This document shows, piece after piece, positions 22,332-30,921 of a DNA stretch of 64,000 bases. The stretch is from assembly GCA_046595895.1 (NCBI GenBank), contig JBKJSF010000244.1:1706-65705 (forward strand). Reading direction: 5' to 3'. Numbering within the stretch: position 1 is the stretch's first letter; the number at the start of each line of letters is the position of its first letter. The notes beneath the pieces were generated by a model. That model worked only from the letters and a program-made list of their open reading frames with translations, was not told where the DNA came from and made no database searches. A program made the position numbers and the translations under genes. This DNA comes from Caulobacter sp. (lineage in GTDB: Bacteria > Pseudomonadota > Alphaproteobacteria > Caulobacterales > Caulobacteraceae).

Positions 22332-23027
22332 ATGATCGACCGCCGCCCCTTCGAGCAGCTCGGCCATGCCAACCACGGCTGGCTCGACGCCCGCCACCAC
22401 TTCAGCTTCTCGAGCTGGCACGACCCGGCCCGCATGGGCTGGGGAGCCTTGCGGGTCTGGAACGACGACGAGATCGCGCCCAAGTCCGGCTTCCCGCCGC
22501 ACCCGCACGCCGACATGGAAATCATCACCTATGTCCGCAGCGGGGCCATCACCCACCAGGACAGCCTGGGCAACACCGGCCGCACCGAGGCGGGCGATGT
22601 GCAGGTGATGAGCGCCGGCTCGGGCATCCGTCACGCCGAGTACAATCTGGAGGACGTTCCCACGACTCTGTTCCAGCTGTGGATCCAGCCGCAGACCCGC
22701 GGCGGCGAGCCCAGCTGGGGCGCCAAACCGTTCCCCAAGGGCGATCGGTCGGGCAGGTTCGTGGCGCTGGCCAGCGGGATGGACGACGAAGGCGCCCTGC
22801 CGATCCGCGCGTCGGCGCGGGTTCTGGGCGCGACGCTGAGGGCGGGCGAGACCGCGACATACGATCTCGCCGATGGCCGCCACGCCTACCTGGTCGCCGC
22901 CGCCGGCGCGGTCGAGATCAACGGTGTTTCGCTCGGCCCCCGGGACGGCGCGGCTATCCGTGACGAAAGTGTCCTGCGGGTAACCGCCGTCAGCGATGCG
23001 GAACTCGTTCTGGTTGATTCAAATTAG
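22332..23027 (+). CDS. Pirin family protein (YhhW-like, short form)
   Basis: HANHGWLDARHHFSF...GFPPHPHADMEIITYVRSGAITHQDSLGN. Confidence 0.9.
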   Translation: MIDRRPFEQLGHANHGWLDARHHFSFSSWHDPARMGWGALRVWNDDEIAPKSGFPPHPHADMEIITYVRSGAITHQDSLGNTGRTEAGDVQVMSAGSGIRHAEYNLEDVPTTLFQLWIQPQTRGGEPSWGAKPFPKGDRSGRFVALASGMDDEGALPIRASARVLGATLRAGETATYDLADGRHAYLVAAAGAVEINGVSLGPRDGAAIRDESVLRVTAVSDAELVLVDSN

Positions 23028-23050
23028 ACAATCGCAAAACGAGCAACTTA

Positions 23051-23080
23051 GGACCGGTCGCAGTTGGGCCGGTCCTTTTC
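23051..23080 (+). terminator. Rho-independent terminator after the pirin gene
   Basis: 9-bp stem ggaccggtc/ggccggtcc (one G-U pair), 7-nt loop, followed by ttttc. Confidence 0.6.
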
Positions 23081-23147
23081 CGTTGACGCCCAATGGGTTA
23101 GCCTCGTAACGGTCCGGCGGAACGCTGTTACGGACTCTGGGACCCCC

Positions 23148-23657
23148 GTGCGATTTGACCTGCTAAAAATCCTCCTGGTGGACGACAATCACCACATGCG
23201 TGTGCTGATCGGTGAGATCCTGCGGGCCATCGGCGTCAAGGGCGTTTACGAGGCCAGCGACGGAGCTGACGCCCTGCAGATCATGCGCACCCAGGCCATC
23301 GACATCGTCATGACCGACCTGGCCATGCAACCGCTGGATGGCATCGACTTCACCCGCCTGCTGCGCAACTCGCCCGACAGTCCAAACCAGATGTGCCCGG
23401 TAGTGATGATCACCGGCCATTCCACCCAGAAGCGCGTCAAGGAGGCGCGGGACGCCGGGGTGACCGAGTTCCTGGCCAAGCCAGTGACGGCCCGCGGCGT
23501 CATCGACCGCATCAGCCAGGTGGTGCAGAATCCCCGGCCGTTCATCCGCACCGACGACTACTTCGGTCCCGATCGGCGTCGGCGCAGCGATCCGAGCTAC
23601 ACCGGTCCTTGGCGTCGGGGGACGGACGAGGGCCGGTCGGCGGAACGGTCAGACTGA
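23148..23657 (+). CDS. Single-domain CheY-like response regulator with an Arg-rich C-terminal extension
   Basis: LLVDDNHHMR, IVMTDLAMQPLDG, MITGHS and FLAKP receiver signature. Tail FGPDRRRRSDPSYTGPWRRG. GTG 23148 is proposed because the track start 23064 lies inside the terminator hairpin. Confidence 0.8.
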   Translation: MRFDLLKILLVDDNHHMRVLIGEILRAIGVKGVYEASDGADALQIMRTQAIDIVMTDLAMQPLDGIDFTRLLRNSPDSPNQMCPVVMITGHSTQKRVKEARDAGVTEFLAKPVTARGVIDRISQVVQNPRPFIRTDDYFGPDRRRRSDPSYTGPWRRGTDEGRSAERSD

Positions 23658-24020
23658 GAGCGCGCAGCTCTCGTTGATCGTCGGCCGCGAGATGACCACC
23701 CGGCACAGGCCAGGGAAGCGCGGCTTCAGGGCCGCCACGAAATACAGGCAGAGGTGTTCGAGGGTCGGCGTCGCGAGCCCCGGCTTGTCGTTGAGCAGGC
23801 CGTGGTCCAGCTCGGCGGCGACCGCTTTCAGCTCGCCGTCGAGCTCGGCCAGGTCGACGACCCAGCCCATCGGCCCGTTGATCTCGCCGCGCACTGTGGC
23901 CTCGACCCGGAAGCTGTGGCCGTGCAGGCGCGTGTAGGGGCTGTCCACCGGGCCATTTGGGAAATGGTGGGCGGCGTCGAAGGTGGCGGCCTTCGTGATC
24001 TCGAATTGGGGCGTGGTCAT
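23649..24020 (-). CDS. queD: 6-carboxy-5,6,7,8-tetrahydropterin synthase
   Basis: 123 aa. FDAAHHFPNG...RLHGHSF...GWVVDLAEL...LDHGLLND. The long N-terminal extension in the track is antisense or GC artefact. Confidence 0.9.
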   Translation of the reverse strand: MTTPQFEITKAATFDAAHHFPNGPVDSPYTRLHGHSFRVEATVRGEINGPMGWVVDLAELDGELKAVAAELDHGLLNDKPGLATPTLEHLCLYFVAALKPRFPGLCRVVISRPTINESCALSV

Positions 24021-24055
24021 CGGTGCAACTGGGGGGCGGGCTGAGGCTTCAGGCC

Positions 24056-24688
24056 TCAGGCGATGCCGAGGTACTTGTGCGTTTGGGTGCTTAAACGCCA
24101 CCTGGGGTGCGAAAGGCAATAGGCGATGCAGGCGGCGGTCGCCGCCTCGCGGTCCGGCCCGTCCATTGGCTGCAGGTAGAATCGCTCGAAATCGAGGTGG
24201 GAGAACCGTTGGGGATCGACCCCGGGCTGAGGCCAGACCAGCTTCAGCTCCTGCCCCCGGATCTGGATGACGGGGGCGTCGGCCTTGGGGCTGACGCAGA
24301 CCCAGTCGATTCCGGCCGGCGCCGCAAGGGTGCCGTTGGTCTCGACGGCGATCGAAAAACCCCGGGCATGCAGGGCGGCGATGGCGGCGTCGTCGAGCTG
24401 CAACAGCGGCTCGCCGCCGGTGCAGACCACCAGCCGGTCGTCCGGGCCGCCGGTCCAGGCCGCCTCGACCGCCTTTGCCAGGCTTTCGGCTGTCCTGAAG
24501 CGGCCGCCGCCGGGTCCGTTCACGCCGACGAAATCGGTGTCGCAGAAGCTGCAGACGGCGGCCGCACGGTCTTTCTCCCGACCGGACCACAGATTGCAGC
24601 CGGCAAAACGACAGAACACCGCCGCCTTGCCCGCCTGACCGCCCTCGCCCTGCAAGGTGAGGAAGATTTCCTTGACCGCATAACTCAT
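24056..24688 (-). CDS. queE: 7-carboxy-7-deazaguanine synthase (radical SAM)
   Basis: EIFLTLQGEGGQAGKAAVFCRFAGCNLWSG...CSFCDTDF. Confidence 0.9.
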   Translation of the reverse strand: MSYAVKEIFLTLQGEGGQAGKAAVFCRFAGCNLWSGREKDRAAAVCSFCDTDFVGVNGPGGGRFRTAESLAKAVEAAWTGGPDDRLVVCTGGEPLLQLDDAAIAALHARGFSIAVETNGTLAAPAGIDWVCVSPKADAPVIQIRGQELKLVWPQPGVDPQRFSHLDFERFYLQPMDGPDREAATAACIAYCLSHPRWRLSTQTHKYLGIA

Positions 24689-25071
24689 CGCCCCGGGGTC
24701 TACACGAGGCGGGCTCGCGCCGAAACTCCCGCTGCGGAAGGGGGGCGACTCAGATGGACGGAAGCTGTCAGGGCAGTTCTGACTGTCGTCGGGTCAGCTT
24801 CCGCCACGTCAATTCTCCTGTGGATGGAGGATGTCGCCTCGAGGCAGGAAAACGGCGCGTTTATTGGGCCACAGTCAGGTGAAAAGCCGTAACCTATCGG
24901 CGTTCACCTATGCGGTAGAGATTGACAGTCTTCAAACGCGCGTATGTCATTGGTCGAAGCTGCGGGGGAGTGTCGCGCGTCCCCGACGGCCATCAAGACG
25001 CGACACTGAGGAAACACACGGCGACCGTAGTTCAGGCCTATTGAGGCCGGCGGCGCTCGGGGAGGGTTAGA

Positions 25072-27966
25072 ATGCACAATTCTATGCGCCTGCGGAGGTC
25101 GCTGGCTGTCAGCGTTTCCGCGTTTGCCATCATGGCCGTCGCCGCGCCTGCGTTCGCTCAGGAAGAGCCGGAAGCGGGCGGAAACGTCGTCGGCGAACTG
25201 ATCGTCACGGCGCAGAAGCGCGAAGAGGCTATCCAGGACGTTCCGATCGCGGTGTCCGCCTTCAGCCAGGAAACCTTGGAAAAGGCGAAGATTGACGGCG
25301 GCCCGAACCTGGTTCTGGCCATCCCGAACGTGAACTTCTCCAAGGGGAACTTCACCGGTTACAACTTCCAGATCCGCGGCATCGGCTCCAAGCTGGTGGC
25401 GGGTTCGGGCGACGCCGGCACCGGCATCCACCTGAACAACGCCCCGCTGACCGCCAACAACCTGTTCGAGTCGGAATTCTTCGACCTCGAGCGGCTTGAA
25501 GTGCTGCGCGGCCCGCAGGGCACGCTGTACGGCCGCAACGCCACTGGCGGCGTGGTCAACGTGATCACCGCCAAGCCGACCGACAGCTTCGAAGCCATGA
25601 TCAAGGCCGAAGTCGGCAACTACGAGTCCCGGAAGCTGCGCGGGATGATCAACGTCCCGGTCGGGGACATGATCGGTATCCGTGTCGCCGGCAACATGCT
25701 GCAGCGTGAGGGTTACGGCGAAAACCTGGTCACCGGCAACGACATCGACGACCGCGACCTGTGGAACACCCGCGTCACGATCAGCTTCGAGCCGAGCGAC
25801 ACCTTCAGCACCTATCTTCTGTGGGATCACTTCGAGGAAGACGACGCCCGCTCGCGGATCGGCAAGCAGTTCTGCACCAAGGATCCGGGTCCGGCCACCG
25901 TCGCCGGCGTCGGTTATTCCGCCAACGCGGACCGGGCGACGGCCACTCGCGGCCTGTTCAGCCAGGGCTGTCTGCCGACCTCGCTGTATTCGGCCGGCGT
26001 TCTGGGCACCCCCAACAGCCAGGCGACGCTCGGCGGTCTGCTCGGCAATCTGTCGGGCCTGATCACCGGCGATGCCTACGCCGGCAAGATGCAGGATCCG
26101 GACATTCGCAATATTGAGTCCGCGACTGATCCGATCTACCAGGTCGAAACCGACATCTACCAGTTCGGCGCCGCCTGGGACATCACTGACGAACTGCAGG
26201 TCATCTCGCTGACCAACTACAGCAAGAACTTCCTGTACACCCGTCAGGACTACAACCGCGTCACCCCGATCAACAACTTCAACACCACCCCGGGACCCTG
26301 CAATAACTTCTCCAGCACTCCGCCGAGCAACTGCGGCACGGTGGGCGTGCCGGCCGCGGTCTATGCGGCGGTCTATGGCTCGGTCTTCCCGGGCGGCGTG
26401 GTCAACGATCCACAACTCGGCCCGCTCAACAAATTCACCACCTTCGATATCTCCGGCGGCACCTCCGAGCAGTGGTCGCAGGAACTGCGGCTGGCCTCGA
26501 ATTTCGACGGCCCGCTCAACTTCAACATCGGGGCCATCTACCTCGACCTGAAGACCTACGACGGCCACTACTATGTGTTCGGCAACACCCTGACCGGCCA
26601 GGCCCAGATCGCCAACGCTCTGACCACCGGCAACCCGAACTGCTCTGCCGTGACTCCGGGCTGTATCTTCATCGATCCGGCGGACGAGCCCACCGGCAAC
26701 GGCCGTAACTACTTCGACAGCACCGGCAACTATCACCTGAAGTCCCGCGCGGCCTTCGGTGAAGTCTACTGGCAGCTGATGGACAATTTCAAGATCACGG
26801 CCGGTCTGCGCTACACTCATGACCGCAAGCTGATCACCGCCCGCACCACCGCCCTTCTGGCCGGCAACACCGCCGCGACTCCGGGCAGCAGTTCGACGGT
26901 GGCGGCTACCCCGCCCGTCCTGGTTGCCGACTTCAAGGAAACCACTGGCCGTATCGGCGCCGACTGGAAGCCCTGGGACAACACCCTGATCTACGGCTTC
27001 TACTCGCGTGGCTACAAGGCCGGCGGTGTGAACCCGCCTTGCGCCGTGGGCGTCGCCTGCGCCGCCCCGACCTTCGAGCCGGAGTTCGTCGATTCCATCG
27101 AGTTCGGCACCAAGAACACTCTGTTCGACGGCCGGATGGTGCTCAACGCCACCTACTTCCACTACGACTACATTGGCTACCAGGTCTCGAAGATCACCAA
27201 CCGTCAGTCGGTCAACGAGAACATCGACGCCAAGGTCCAGGGTCTGGAATTCGAAACGATCTGGGAACCGATCGACGACTTCCGGATCAACATGAACATC
27301 GGCCTCCTCGATTCCGAAATCACCGATGGCAGCTCCATCGACGTCTTCAACCGGACCCAGGGTGACCCCACCCTGACCCTGCTGAAGGCCAGCAACACCA
27401 GCAACTGTGTGGTCCAGACCTCGCAGCTGGCGCCGCTGATGGCCGGTATCCGTGACGGCGTCTTCTCGCCCTACACGCTGCTGGGCGTCTGCAGCAGAGC
27501 CTTCGCTGGCGGAACTCCGGGCACCAACCCGCTGCAGAACCCGCTGCTCGGTCCCTACCGCACGCAGATCAATACGGTCAGTGACGGTGTGGCGGTCGAT
27601 CTGTCGGGCAAAGAACTGCCGAACGCGCCCAAGTACACCTTCTCGCTGGGCGCCCAGTACACCTGGCACTTCGGCGGCTGGGACGCGACCCTGCGCGGCG
27701 ATTACTACCGCCAGGACGACAGCTTCTCGCGGATCTACAACTCCGAACCCGACAAGATCAAAGGCTGGGAAAACGTCAACGCCACCTTCACGGTCGGCAA
27801 TGACGACGTTGGTCTCTACTTCGAGCTCTACGTGAAGAACCTGACCGATGAAGAGTCGATCACCGACACCTACCTGACCGACGACTCCTCGGGTCTGTTC
27901 CGGAACGCGTTCTTCACCGAACCGCAGACCTTCGGCATCTCGATCACCAAGACCTTCGGTCAATAA
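25072..27966 (+). CDS. TonB-dependent receptor
   Basis: Signal peptide ...AAPAFA-QEE. Plug motifs ELIVTAQKREEAIQDVPIAVSAF and LEVLRGPQGTLYGRNATGGVVNVIT. 964 aa. GGAGGG before the ATG. Confidence 0.9.
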   Translation: MHNSMRLRRSLAVSVSAFAIMAVAAPAFAQEEPEAGGNVVGELIVTAQKREEAIQDVPIAVSAFSQETLEKAKIDGGPNLVLAIPNVNFSKGNFTGYNFQIRGIGSKLVAGSGDAGTGIHLNNAPLTANNLFESEFFDLERLEVLRGPQGTLYGRNATGGVVNVITAKPTDSFEAMIKAEVGNYESRKLRGMINVPVGDMIGIRVAGNMLQREGYGENLVTGNDIDDRDLWNTRVTISFEPSDTFSTYLLWDHFEEDDARSRIGKQFCTKDPGPATVAGVGYSANADRATATRGLFSQGCLPTSLYSAGVLGTPNSQATLGGLLGNLSGLITGDAYAGKMQDPDIRNIESATDPIYQVETDIYQFGAAWDITDELQVISLTNYSKNFLYTRQDYNRVTPINNFNTTPGPCNNFSSTPPSNCGTVGVPAAVYAAVYGSVFPGGVVNDPQLGPLNKFTTFDISGGTSEQWSQELRLASNFDGPLNFNIGAIYLDLKTYDGHYYVFGNTLTGQAQIANALTTGNPNCSAVTPGCIFIDPADEPTGNGRNYFDSTGNYHLKSRAAFGEVYWQLMDNFKITAGLRYTHDRKLITARTTALLAGNTAATPGSSSTVAATPPVLVADFKETTGRIGADWKPWDNTLIYGFYSRGYKAGGVNPPCAVGVACAAPTFEPEFVDSIEFGTKNTLFDGRMVLNATYFHYDYIGYQVSKITNRQSVNENIDAKVQGLEFETIWEPIDDFRINMNIGLLDSEITDGSSIDVFNRTQGDPTLTLLKASNTSNCVVQTSQLAPLMAGIRDGVFSPYTLLGVCSRAFAGGTPGTNPLQNPLLGPYRTQINTVSDGVAVDLSGKELPNAPKYTFSLGAQYTWHFGGWDATLRGDYYRQDDSFSRIYNSEPDKIKGWENVNATFTVGNDDVGLYFELYVKNLTDEESITDTYLTDDSSGLFRNAFFTEPQTFGISITKTFGQ

Positions 27967-27992
27967 GCCTAACAGCGGTATCTGAACTTAGG

Positions 27993-28026
27993 GCGGCGGA
28001 GACCTCGGTCTCCGCCGCTTTTTCTT
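27993..28026 (+). terminator. Rho-independent terminator after the TonB-dependent receptor
   Basis: gcggcggagac / ctcg loop / gtctccgccgc followed by tttttcttt. Confidence 0.75.
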
Positions 28027-28129
28027 TGTCCCATTGCACGCTTAACCTGTCCGAAAGCGCAATGGTGCAGGATCACTCTCCAAGCCTGCGGGGCGACCAG
28101 CCCGGCGGCCTCACGAGACCGACCTGATA

Positions 28130-29644
28130 ATGGACCGCCTTGACCGCCTGACTGACCGCCCGGCCCCGCTGTCGCTCGACGCGGACGTGGCGGCGGCCAG
28201 CCGGGCTTTTGAGAATCAGCCGGAGGCCCAGGTCCTGGCCGTGGTTGACGCCGTTGGCCGCCCTGTCGGCCTGCTGCGCCGCCAGGCCTTCGAGGCGGCG
28301 ACCCTGTCCGGGGCCTCGCCGGTCGCTTCGGTGATGGACCTGGCTCCGCTCGTCGTCGATGGGGCCATCCGACCTTCGCAGTTCCGCGACGAGATGCTGG
28401 CCGAGAACCGCCAGGCGCTCAGCGGCGGCTTTGTCGTCACCCAAGACGGCGTCTATCTCGGGGTCGGCACGGCGATGAACCTGCTGGCGACGGGCGGCGA
28501 CCGTTCACGGCTGATGCTCGACGCCACCGTCGCCGTCACCCAGGCGTTGGCCGTCGAGGTGCTACGCCAGCTCGACGACGCCCAGACCTTTGTCGATGCC
28601 CTGGTCCGCCAGCCGCTGCCGGCCGACAGCAAGAGCTGCGCCCAGGCCCTGGCCGACAGCGTCGCCGATCTCCACCGCTTGATGCATCGGGCCAGCGCCA
28701 TCCATGCCACCAAGGCTGGCCTGGCGGCCCTGGACCCCCGCCCGACCCTTCTGCGGGCGGTGATCGACGCGCTGGACGCCCGCTGGTCGGCCCGCGCCGC
28801 CACCGCCGGGGTCACCCTGCTGACCGCCTATGACGGCGCGCCGGAACTGGCCGCCGAGATTGACGCCGACCGCCTGGCCGACCTGTTGGACGGTTTGGTC
28901 GAGCGCGGCCTTAACGCCACCCGCCGCGGCGCCGTCGAGGTCACCCTCAGCGCCCGCCCGGCTCTCGAAGGCCTGGCGTTGGAGGCGCGGGTCCGTGACG
29001 CCGGCGAGACCCCCGATTCGGCCCGCCTGGCCCGCATCTTCGAGGCCATCGACGGGGAAAAGCCGCTGACCATCGGCTTCGGCATGGCCCACGCCGCCAG
29101 TCTGGCCAAGGCGATGAACGGCATGATCCGGGCGGAGGTCAATCCGGGCTCGGGCGCCAGCGTAGTCTTCAGCCTGCTGGCCCCGGAAGCCATCGAGCAA
29201 GCCGCGCCACCGGCCGCCGGCATGATCGCTGCGTCCACGGCCCACATCCTGATCGTCGACGACAACGCCACCAACCGCATGGTCGCCGAGGCCCTGTGCG
29301 AGATGTTCGACTGCACCAGCGAACAGGCTGTCGATGGCGTCGAGGCCGTCGAGATGGCCACCATCGGCCGCTACGACCTGATCCTGATGGACATCAAGAT
29401 GCCGCGCATGGACGGCGTCGCCGCCACCCGCGCGATCCGGGCCCTGCCGGGCGCCGCTGGCATCGTGCCGATCGTCGCCCTGACCGCCAACGCCGATCCG
29501 TCCGACGTGCGCGACTACATCGCCGCCGGCATGAACGACGTGGTCGAAAAGCCGATCAAGGCCGAGCGCCTGCTGACGGTGTTCGACAAGGTGCTGAACG
29601 GCGACCGCGAGAGCCCCGACGAGCGGAGTTCGGTCGCGGCCTAA
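28130..29644 (+). CDS. Hybrid sensor kinase-like protein: N-terminal sensor-like region, degenerate kinase core, C-terminal receiver domain
   Basis: Receiver: ILIVDDNATNR...LILMDIKMPRMDG...VALTAN...VEKP. HATPase-like N-box LVERGLNATRRG. G-boxes look degenerate (RDAGE, GFGMAH). No canonical H-box seen by eye. Confidence 0.65.
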   Translation: MDRLDRLTDRPAPLSLDADVAAASRAFENQPEAQVLAVVDAVGRPVGLLRRQAFEAATLSGASPVASVMDLAPLVVDGAIRPSQFRDEMLAENRQALSGGFVVTQDGVYLGVGTAMNLLATGGDRSRLMLDATVAVTQALAVEVLRQLDDAQTFVDALVRQPLPADSKSCAQALADSVADLHRLMHRASAIHATKAGLAALDPRPTLLRAVIDALDARWSARAATAGVTLLTAYDGAPELAAEIDADRLADLLDGLVERGLNATRRGAVEVTLSARPALEGLALEARVRDAGETPDSARLARIFEAIDGEKPLTIGFGMAHAASLAKAMNGMIRAEVNPGSGASVVFSLLAPEAIEQAAPPAAGMIAASTAHILIVDDNATNRMVAEALCEMFDCTSEQAVDGVEAVEMATIGRYDLILMDIKMPRMDGVAATRAIRALPGAAGIVPIVALTANADPSDVRDYIAAGMNDVVEKPIKAERLLTVFDKVLNGDRESPDERSSVAA

Positions 29645-29669
29645 GTCTCCAACTTTGTTGAGAAATCCC

Positions 29670-29746
29670 TGGTAGCTGGGGGCGGGATCGAACCGCCGAC
29701 CTGTGGGTTATGAATCCACCGCTCTAACCATCTGAGCTACCCAGCC
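29670..29746 (-). tRNA. tRNA-Met (anticodon CAU); elongator type, or possibly tRNA-Ile2 if lysidine-modified
   Basis: The reverse complement folds as a cloverleaf: GGCTGGG/CCCAGCT acceptor (G1-U72), GCTC/GAGC D stem, TTCATAA anticodon loop, GGCGG-TTCGATC-CCGCC T arm, encoded CCA. Confidence 0.9.
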
Positions 29747-29892
29747 ATGGAGGCGTGAGCTTCAGGGAGGCGGCCTTATAGGGGCGATGAAACGGCTCTT
29801 CAAGCACCGCTGACCGGCGTCCTCCAAAAGTTTGCCCGGCCACGCGCAACGGAGGTTCCGTTCGGCGGCGTCGCGCTCTAGGGTCCGCTGCG

Positions 29893-30921
29893 ATGAGCGT
29901 GCTGCATCTTCTGGGATCCGGTGGCGAGGGCGGGGCGGAGCTCTACTTCGTTCAACTGGTCAGCGCTCTGCGCCTCGGCGGACCCGACCAGGCCGCGGCC
30001 ATCCGCAAGAACCCTGGTCGCGAGAAGGCCCTGGCCGCCGCCGGTGTGGCGGCCCGCACCTTCACCTTCGGCGGCCCGATCGACTTCCTCACCCGCCCCG
30101 GGGTCTCGGCCCTGGCCAGGGACGTCAACGCCAGGCTGCTGGTTGCCTGGATGAACCGGGCGGCGCGGCACACGCCCAAGGGGCCGTGGGCGCGGGTCGG
30201 TCGGCTCGGCGGCTACTACAAGCTCAAGAACTACCGCGATTTCGACCACCTCGTCGGCAACACCCAGGACATCGTCGACTGGGTGGTGGCCCAGGGCTGG
30301 CCGGCCGAGCGGGTGCGCTACATCCCCAACTTCGCAGCCGCCGCCGATGAGGTGGCGCCCATCGACCGGGCCAGCCTGGACACTCCCGAAGGCGTGCCCC
30401 TGCTGCTCGGCATGGGTCGGCTGCATACCGCCAAGGCGCACGACGTCTCGCTGAAAGCGCTCAAGGCCCTGCCGGACGCCCATCTGTGGATCGCCGGCGT
30501 CGGCCCGCTGCAGGAGCAGCTGAAGGCGCTGGCGGTGTCACTGGGCGTGCACGACCGGGTGCGGTTCCTCGGCTGGCGAAACGACGCCCCGGCCCTCTAC
30601 CGGACCGCCGATGTCTGCCTCTTCCCCTCGCGCTACGAGCCGCTGGGCAATGTGGTCATCCAGGCCTGGGCCCACGGCCTGCCGGTCGTCGCCGCCGAGA
30701 GCCAGGGACCCAAGGCCCTGATCCGCGACGGCCAGGACGGCCTGCTGGTCCCCATCGACGACGAGGCGGCCCTGGCGGAGCGCACCGCCGCCCTGCTGGC
30801 CGAACCGATGCAGCGCATCAAGCTGATCCAGAACGGCCATGCCCGGGTCGAGGCCGAGTTCAGCCAGGCCGCGGTCTGCGCCCAGTGGAACGCGCTGTTC
30901 GCCCAGTTTGGAGCCGGCTGA
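29893..30921 (+). CDS. Glycosyltransferase family 4 (group 1)
   Basis: C-terminal GT-B motifs: LLLGMGRLHTAKAHD, FPSRYEPLGNVVIQAWAHGLPVVAAESQGPKALIRDGQDGLLVP. Confidence 0.85.
   Translation: MSVLHLLGSGGEGGAELYFVQLVSALRLGGPDQAAAIRKNPGREKALAAAGVAARTFTFGGPIDFLTRPGVSALARDVNARLLVAWMNRAARHTPKGPWARVGRLGGYYKLKNYRDFDHLVGNTQDIVDWVVAQGWPAERVRYIPNFAAAADEVAPIDRASLDTPEGVPLLLGMGRLHTAKAHDVSLKALKALPDAHLWIAGVGPLQEQLKALAVSLGVHDRVRFLGWRNDAPALYRTADVCLFPSRYEPLGNVVIQAWAHGLPVVAAESQGPKALIRDGQDGLLVPIDDEAALAERTAALLAEPMQRIKLIQNGHARVEAEFSQAAVCAQWNALFAQFGAG

Noticed and set aside
11006-23027. Two pirin genes (11006..11899 and 22332..23027) as evidence of a duplicated module.
   Set aside because: They belong to different pirin size classes (about 297 aa versus 231 aa) with different neighbours. 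Multiple pirins per genome are common.
24689-25071. Possible riboswitch (preQ1 upstream of queE on the minus strand; cobalamin or TPP upstream of the TonB-dependent receptor) in the 383-bp lower-GC divergent region. Hairpins noted at about 24758-24800 and 24976-25010, and a ggtgaaaagcc string.
   Set aside because: I could not align the conserved cores (preQ1 A-rich tail, B12 box, TPP CUGAGA/ACCUGA) convincingly by eye. A covariance-model scan would be needed.
29645-29892. Genomic-island boundary or integrase remnant next to tRNA-Met.
   Set aside because: I found no integrase, no direct repeat of the tRNA 3' end and no clear compositional break. Only the tRNA itself and short spacers are present.
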